Below are positions 59,601 through 64,000 of a DNA stretch of 64,000 nt, in pieces (positions within the stretch are counted from its first letter, which is position 1; each line of letters begins with the position of its first letter). The DNA lies in the NCBI GenBank assembly GCA_038861545.1, contig JAWCCZ010000002.1:160001-224000 (forward strand), written 5' to 3'. The DNA is from Thermofilaceae archaeon. Its GTDB lineage: Archaea; Thermoproteota; Thermoprotei; Thermofilales; Thermofilaceae. The translations under genes were made by a program, and so were the position numbers. Below the pieces are notes generated by a model. The model saw only the letters and a list, made by a program, of their open reading frames with translations, was not told the DNA's origin and did not search any database.

Positions 59601-61223
59601 CACAACGGTAAACCCAAGACCTCCTGTTTCAAAGTGCGTATGCGTTGGAATAGCCCTTCCCATAATTGACGCTTTGTCATAACTAATCCAAGATATATCA
59701 TCTATTATCGCCCTAGCTAAGACAAATGAAAGTTCTACCTGAGGCCATAGGTTCTCAAAGTTTAATTTATCTAATGTGTCGAGGGGAGTTCCGTAAAGCG
59801 GCCGTGCAGTTAATGCTGTTGTAAAAGTTATCCCCCAAATACCCACTTGAGCTATAACAGCTGCATCAAAATGTCCTGGAGTTTGCAGATAACGGCGGTC
59901 AAGCTGTAAGCCAAAAGCAGTATACGTAAGGTTCCCAAGGCGTTCTTTGAGTTTTTCCCTAAGCTCGTCGCTACCCAAGTAGTATGTTCCAGAGCTCTCA
60001 TTATACCTGCCATACCTACCCCGTGTGAAAAAGAGTGAGTAAAGGTCGTTATAACCGTACCAAGAATACCATACCTGTACACCGTAAAAAGTGCTTCCCG
60101 CGACAGCGGCAATAGCTCTCGATTCGGTTGAGAAATCAAAGCCAACGGCGAACCATAGTGTGTATGAGGTCAAGGAAGAGGCGTCGTTGCTACCTATGTG
60201 GCTGTAATGCCAAATGAAGCTAGAATTCTGGATATCTCGTCGATGCCAAACAAAATTCCTAGCACCTGCCATAGCTTGAGCGTGGCCTGATAGAGCTACG
60301 AGCCAAACAGACCTCTTAGGTGGATACTCTTTTAGAATCCTCGCAAATTCTAGTAAAGCTGTGATTCCTCCGGCTTCGTTCGCACCTGGAGCCAGTGCCG
60401 GTACTATAGAGTTGGAATCATAGTATGCTACTACGACAACTGCATTTCGCCACTCTGCAGGATCGGTCCCCTTTATAACCGCGACTATGTTTTTAGCGGT
60501 AACTCTTTCCCACGTCATATTGACTACAACACGCGCCTTAACTTTCCCAACGCCGTAGTTTCTGATAAGTTCCCTCAAATAACCGGCATCACCACTGCTT
60601 ATGTAAATTCTTGGGAATTTCACGGGGATATCCAAGCTTTTATGCTCAGCTTCACCTCTTAAGGTAAATACCGGTTCAATGAATACTACAGCTTTAGCAC
60701 CAAGTCTCATAGCGTTAAGCCAATTATCTCTAGAGTTGAACTCCATTAACGCAATGCTACCGTTAATAGGCAATCCATTCAACTCCTCAAGCGACCCCTC
60801 ACCAACGTACACTAGTGGACCTTCAAAAACCCCGCTGCATGTTTGAACGTTATTGGGTAAAAGGGCATAAGCTTTAATCTCCCTGTAAGTGGGGTCAAGA
60901 ATAACGATCTTTGAGCCCCAATCCATTGGTATAGTTACGTTGTATTCTTCTACAAAAGTTTCTAAGCCCAGCGTGCTGTTAAAGTAGTCGAATATGTAGT
61001 TTGCTACCTCAATGCTTCCAGGATAACCGGTGTACCTACTCCGAGAAGCTATATACCTTAAGTGTTCGATAATTTTACTACGATTAATCGTCAGCAGGGT
61101 AGTCTGTATAATGTTATCAGTTTCAGAGAACTCAGCTAGAACTCCTCTAAATAAACCTGCAGGATACGGTAAAGCCGATAAAATTAATACGAGCACCAAA
61201 GCAAACTTCAACCACTTATACAT
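56643..61223 (-). CDS. Giant membrane protein: M28/PA peptidase-like ectodomain fused to a MacB/FtsX-type permease
   Basis: Signal peptide; SRYTGYPG, PA domain, NIVAVIKG, AYYDS, APGANE; internal TM block; NLRRRHMRTVLTIIG and ERMRDMQVYATVGAS (FtsX permease hallmarks). Confidence 0.8.
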   Translation of the reverse strand: MYKWLKFALVLVLILSALPYPAGLFRGVLAEFSETDNIIQTTLLTINRSKIIEHLRYIASRSRYTGYPGSIEVANYIFDYFNSTLGLETFVEEYNVTIPMDWGSKIVILDPTYREIKAYALLPNNVQTCSGVFEGPLVYVGEGSLEELNGLPINGSIALMEFNSRDNWLNAMRLGAKAVVFIEPVFTLRGEAEHKSLDIPVKFPRIYISSGDAGYLRELIRNYGVGKVKARVVVNMTWERVTAKNIVAVIKGTDPAEWRNAVVVVAYYDSNSIVPALAPGANEAGGITALLEFARILKEYPPKRSVWLVALSGHAQAMAGARNFVWHRRDIQNSSFIWHYSHIGSNDASSLTSYTLWFAVGFDFSTESRAIAAVAGSTFYGVQVWYSWYGYNDLYSLFFTRGRYGRYNESSGTYYLGSDELREKLKERLGNLTYTAFGLQLDRRYLQTPGHFDAAVIAQVGIWGITFTTALTARPLYGTPLDTLDKLNFENLWPQVELSFVLARAIIDDISWISYDKASIMGRAIPTHTHFETGGLGFTVVKGRVGRWDIKHGWYNYSWHDYLREERYQMVLHVKILERNDLLGHEWVELADRDGTFTLKGLTPSVGWAVPVAKYQVLPFIIDKLTGDIVFAPDYGVYGTRSWPYGYTFFTSETELIDGSGRKLVNLAVFRSATLALHEFFDPRSLLTPPVGGIQILDRSGIGLTSYSYVVSEPPIFEKPEGRFTLTDPTSGYEAVVFVPKDICIKMVLTSGGNPIGLLINDEEGVPVSFNYLDTAPTILRVTRDLLAVVKRRVEALTGAGLMGATAADLDEFYRKALRNLELAESALMEYRYSDYYAYTVQAWYYALYAYEKSKSMVIDTGVAMVFFFLLNLPFVFMFERLVLHYEGKKRLIALVSIMLTLTVIQYLLHPGFKVASYSFLTALGATSLILVIPVMILMFDEFSNIVREIRSRFMGPMFVTVDRLSLTMTAISIGVENLRRRHMRTVLTIIGVTLVTFSTVSFVALSSTWVTVTLPPPGQPAVTWSPRYTGVLVTRREAFQPINPIFLDYLTTVYGEKMKIVPRVWIPAQRIYLFNIAGQSVLISGIIGLSKAEAEALELQNVIIEALSPWFTLDDEFQCYVTDDIARTLNLEPGDRVYLYGMELTVMGIIDSRLLRTIYDLDGQPIVPFDPLKTGPIKERAYWGVVYIPYKLAMRLGGYPFSVALLSNDKDLIRQVANELSEYIGFYSHNVYAATEEAPGSSFLYLRREVAYLGGGWQFVLVPMVISFLMLVSVVLGTLYERMRDMQVYATVGASPRDAAGVFFGEVLTYAFLSAPLGYTLGLALGPVAAGPLLNYASLAVVTSILVSILAVVTASVYPAYMASKIVVPSLERKWRPSSGPRGSRWDISLPFTVRNEAESRGLLAFIGESLRAYGSEAQPFMVTGLSYSKSVSGRETAYISDMRVRLRPYELGVEERIQLIARKGPRELRFRLILTSEHLSGPRQLWIANHLRFVDEVRKRLLVWRSLKEEDRKLYIEKAGGWFA

Positions 61224-61272
61224 AGGTAAATCACCATCAAAAGTAAAAAAGATTCTAAGATTTTAAAACATT

Positions 61273-63318
61273 CTACCTGCCTTGTATAGCGAACACTATA
61301 CCCCTAGCTGGCAGGTAACCGATGAAAGCACCTATGAATAGGCCGAGGAACGCTGGAAAAGCTTTCTCTTCATAGAACTTAGATCCAAAGATCTTAAGTA
61401 TTAAGAACTTAATTACGTATGCTACTAAACCATAGAGGAACGCGTAGAAACTCACGGAGAATAGCATTAATCCAACAGGGTTAAGTGGGAACCAGGCGAA
61501 ACGCATCCTAGCAAAACCCATAGCGAGCACTAATAGTACACCGAGTAAAACATTCAAGTAGAAGTACGGAGCTTTATCTCCTCCATAGGGTCCGAAACCT
61601 CCCTTCATTAAACCGTCAACCGTAGCGGGCCATACCAGCTGCTGACCAGCCCACCAATCCGCTACATAGTTTTTCACACCAACGTTCGAGATAACCTGAG
61701 CTAACAGCGTGAAAGTCAAGGGTACAGCAACTAACGTTGCTATTAATTGTGCTATAAAGACTTCTTTAAGGTCGGTTTTCGTGGACTCGGCTATGCTCAT
61801 AGCTTCAATACCAGCAATACCATAGTTCCACTGTGCATACCATTTCTGACCTGGCCCCTCTACGAAATTCCTTGTCACGTAAAGGTGTAATGCTTGTTCA
61901 CCAGTTAACGGAGTATAGAAGCCAGGAGCTGCACCTACAGCTACAGCTAGATGATAGAAACCGTTTGACAAGATATCGCTGCCTCCTGTCCACGGTCCCC
62001 AATTCCCTGCCATAAAACCGGGCCAGACGTCTCCTCTTATTCTAATCTGGGTGAACAACGAGAATGCTAGAACAAAAACTGCATAGAATGCTAACAGGGG
62101 ATGTGCACCAGATACAGACATGAAAGCAAATAACAGCGCAGTTGAACCAATTATCATTACCCATATAGTTCTGTAGGACAGCGGTACATTACCCTTGCCG
62201 CCCCTAGACAAAGCCTTCAACGTTCTAGTTAAGTGGTGTCTCGCCATCCATATGGTTAAAATACCAATGCCTATCCACACACTGTGATCAAGTATAACCT
62301 CAGGCATTATTGGTGGAGTATCCATACCCATAGTGTAGAAGACCGGCCATTCTGATGATCCAAACATCGGCTCTCTAAAGCCTCCAGCAACCGCTATTAT
62401 CGGCCATATTATCCAGAATACAATGAAGGCGACTATACCTGTTAACAGTATGTCAAGTGGGAACAAAAGATAGTAGCTTAAACCTAAGATATCTATACTC
62501 CATGCTATCAGAGCATTAGTGAAAGGAGTTGGTAATTGTCCAACATAAGACACATCGTAACCTATGTATGAGGGTATAGATTGTTGAATAGCAGGTACTA
62601 ATTCGACACCAGGTGGCCCTTGCACATTTATTAAAAGCCCAATTGCGAAGGCGACCCAGAAGAAAATAGATTTCCATAGATTTGGTATCCTACCTCCCTC
62701 CTTTACAGTTGTACTTTGAATTGCAAGCCATTCAGCAACTCTTGCTAGTGGATATTCAAGCCTTTCAACTTCGAGGAACTGCTCCTTGTAAAGTAACGCG
62801 ATACCATATGATAACGCGAAAAGCATTAATTGTATGAAAGTGAAAAGTATAACTGTAGGGAAAAGCGCGCTTATTGGAGCTCCTCCGTCCCAGAGCTGGT
62901 CTTTAAGACCTTTTGGTACCCAGAAACCGGGAACAGCATCCCAGCTTAACACGAAATCAGACTGAAGGATGCCGAAAAGATACGAAAATGTAGCTAATCC
63001 TACACAGAAAGGCACTGGCACCATACTCCAGATAATAGCATAAACTATGGTGTTTTCCTGTGCAGAGAGCCGCTTTCTAAGTATTAATGAACTTAGTAGA
63101 CTCGTGATAACTAAGGTCAAGAGAAAGACGAAGTACTGAGTGCCAAAGAATACCATTACTCTAAGAGTCCGCCTAACCGATAATCGCGGCCACCAGTATA
63201 AAGGTAGAATGAAAAGAATTCCAGCCACCAAACCTATTAGAAGAGCTCTCAATGTTAATCCTTTAGGCCTCACCTCAACTGTGGCTCCAGAGGTGATTTG
63301 AACACCTTCTGTGCTCAT
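61273..63318 (-). CDS. OPT-like / DUF6785-type multi-pass membrane transporter
   Basis: GLTLRALLIG, LSAQENTIVY, ERLEYPLARV, RFAWFPLNPVG, IKFLILKIFG...PAFLGLFIG. Confidence 0.75.
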   Translation of the reverse strand: MSTEGVQITSGATVEVRPKGLTLRALLIGLVAGILFILPLYWWPRLSVRRTLRVMVFFGTQYFVFLLTLVITSLLSSLILRKRLSAQENTIVYAIIWSMVPVPFCVGLATFSYLFGILQSDFVLSWDAVPGFWVPKGLKDQLWDGGAPISALFPTVILFTFIQLMLFALSYGIALLYKEQFLEVERLEYPLARVAEWLAIQSTTVKEGGRIPNLWKSIFFWVAFAIGLLINVQGPPGVELVPAIQQSIPSYIGYDVSYVGQLPTPFTNALIAWSIDILGLSYYLLFPLDILLTGIVAFIVFWIIWPIIAVAGGFREPMFGSSEWPVFYTMGMDTPPIMPEVILDHSVWIGIGILTIWMARHHLTRTLKALSRGGKGNVPLSYRTIWVMIIGSTALLFAFMSVSGAHPLLAFYAVFVLAFSLFTQIRIRGDVWPGFMAGNWGPWTGGSDILSNGFYHLAVAVGAAPGFYTPLTGEQALHLYVTRNFVEGPGQKWYAQWNYGIAGIEAMSIAESTKTDLKEVFIAQLIATLVAVPLTFTLLAQVISNVGVKNYVADWWAGQQLVWPATVDGLMKGGFGPYGGDKAPYFYLNVLLGVLLVLAMGFARMRFAWFPLNPVGLMLFSVSFYAFLYGLVAYVIKFLILKIFGSKFYEEKAFPAFLGLFIGAFIGYLPARGIVFAIQGR

Positions 63319-63709
63319 CGATTACTAAATAAGAATTATCCGTTTATATAATTTTCCATAATTTTTTTAAATAGATTTAAGTCAGGTTGGTCTAAATATC
63401 TCTATATTTTTTGAAAAAGGTTTGAATAACCTAATTAAGAAAAACTATTACTGATCATTATGCTAAAAATTAACGGATATTTTTATTTAATAATTCCCTA
63501 GCTGTATAATTGCCTACTTAATTAATATTAAACTTAAATTTTTAGCTTATAATATTCATCTTTATGATGATGTTTAATTTCAAATTTATAAAATTATCTA
63601 AACATCTTCTCTCTATTTAAAAGCTTAGAAATAATACTTTAAAAATAAATATTTTAACTAACTATTCTAACCGAAAATCATATTAACTTGAAAGATTAAT
63701 CTTATTGGA
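63319..63709. promoter_or_regulatory. Very AT-rich divergent intergenic region
   Basis: About 390 bp with long A/T runs and several TATA-like boxes between divergent genes. Confidence 0.5.
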
Positions 63710-64000
63710 ATGATCTATTTAACAGAGGAAGAATTTCACCAAAGAACCCCCTACACGGTACAATATAATGTAGACCTTGAGGGGCGGTCAGGATTTAACC
63801 ATCGATTTGATGCCTTGATCAGGTATATGGGAAATAGCCTGGGAATAGTTTTCATTGACCCAATAGTGTGGAGGAAAGTTATAATACTTTTAGTGATGGA
63901 GTTTGATTCTCTGGTAAGCTTAGCTGTTATAACACAAAATGTGGATCAAAAAATTAGACACTTCCTAGAAAACCAAGGAATTATAATAGCTAAAAGCATT
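63710..64000 (+). CDS. Partial ORF with a restriction-endonuclease-like (PD-(D/E)XK/Mrr-like) N-terminal motif; runs off the window
   Basis: Manual translation MIYLTEEEFHQRTPYTVQYNVDLEGRSGFNHRFDALIRY...; LxGxSGxxHxFD motif; no stop before 64000. Confidence 0.55.
   Translation, partial: MIYLTEEEFHQRTPYTVQYNVDLEGRSGFNHRFDALIRYMGNSLGIVFIDPIVWRKVIILLVMEFDSLVSLAVITQNVDQKIRHFLENQGIIIAKSI

Noticed and set aside
894-62015. Many short ORFs antisense to or nested in long genes (e.g. 1380-1853, 10998-11579, 51877-52353)
   Set aside because: Shadow frames of well-supported genes, with no motifs.
63319-63709. Replication origin
   Set aside because: AT-rich, but no ORB-like repeats recognised and no cdc6/orc1 in the window.
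1-64000. CRISPR arrays, tRNA/rRNA genes, IS elements
   Set aside because: No regularly spaced repeats, cloverleaf or T-loop signatures, or transposase motifs seen by eye; a tRNAscan/Infernal run would be needed to exclude split or intron-containing tRNAs.

Overview
Gene-dense archaeal chromosome segment, most consistent with an anaerobic thermophilic Thermoproteota member (Thermofilaceae-like). This is inferred from the class I LysRS, an Nre protein with a PIP box, GGTGA ribosome-binding sites, TATA-like promoters and a probable C/D-box sRNA. No rRNA, tRNA, CRISPR array or intact transposase was found. In order, the window holds: a MoxR/DUF58/VWA (Bat-like) locus with an interleaved ABC exporter; a decayed accessory patch (remnants of a DUF4143 ATPase and of lipoate ligase around an intact NADH oxidase/CoA-disulfide-reductase-like gene); an operon that looks like leuACDB but reads as Re-citrate synthase + two-subunit aconitase + isocitrate dehydrogenase; nre and rpiA; a heterodimeric ABC exporter; a Dpp/Opp importer with a circularly permuted binding protein; housekeeping and metabolic genes (IMPase, asd, SPFH, lysS, AfuABC/FbpABC-like ABC with an extracellular phosphoesterase, sugar redox/aldolase genes, P2A ATPase, Nnr); and a three-gene membrane system at the end. 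That system has two OPT/YSL-like transporters flanking a 1526-aa fusion of a catalytically degenerate M28/PA peptidase ectodomain to a MacB/FtsX-type permease, with no ATPase. The best candidates for novelty are this last system, the permuted binding protein and the Re-citrate operon. All assignments come from recognising motifs by eye; no database searches were run.
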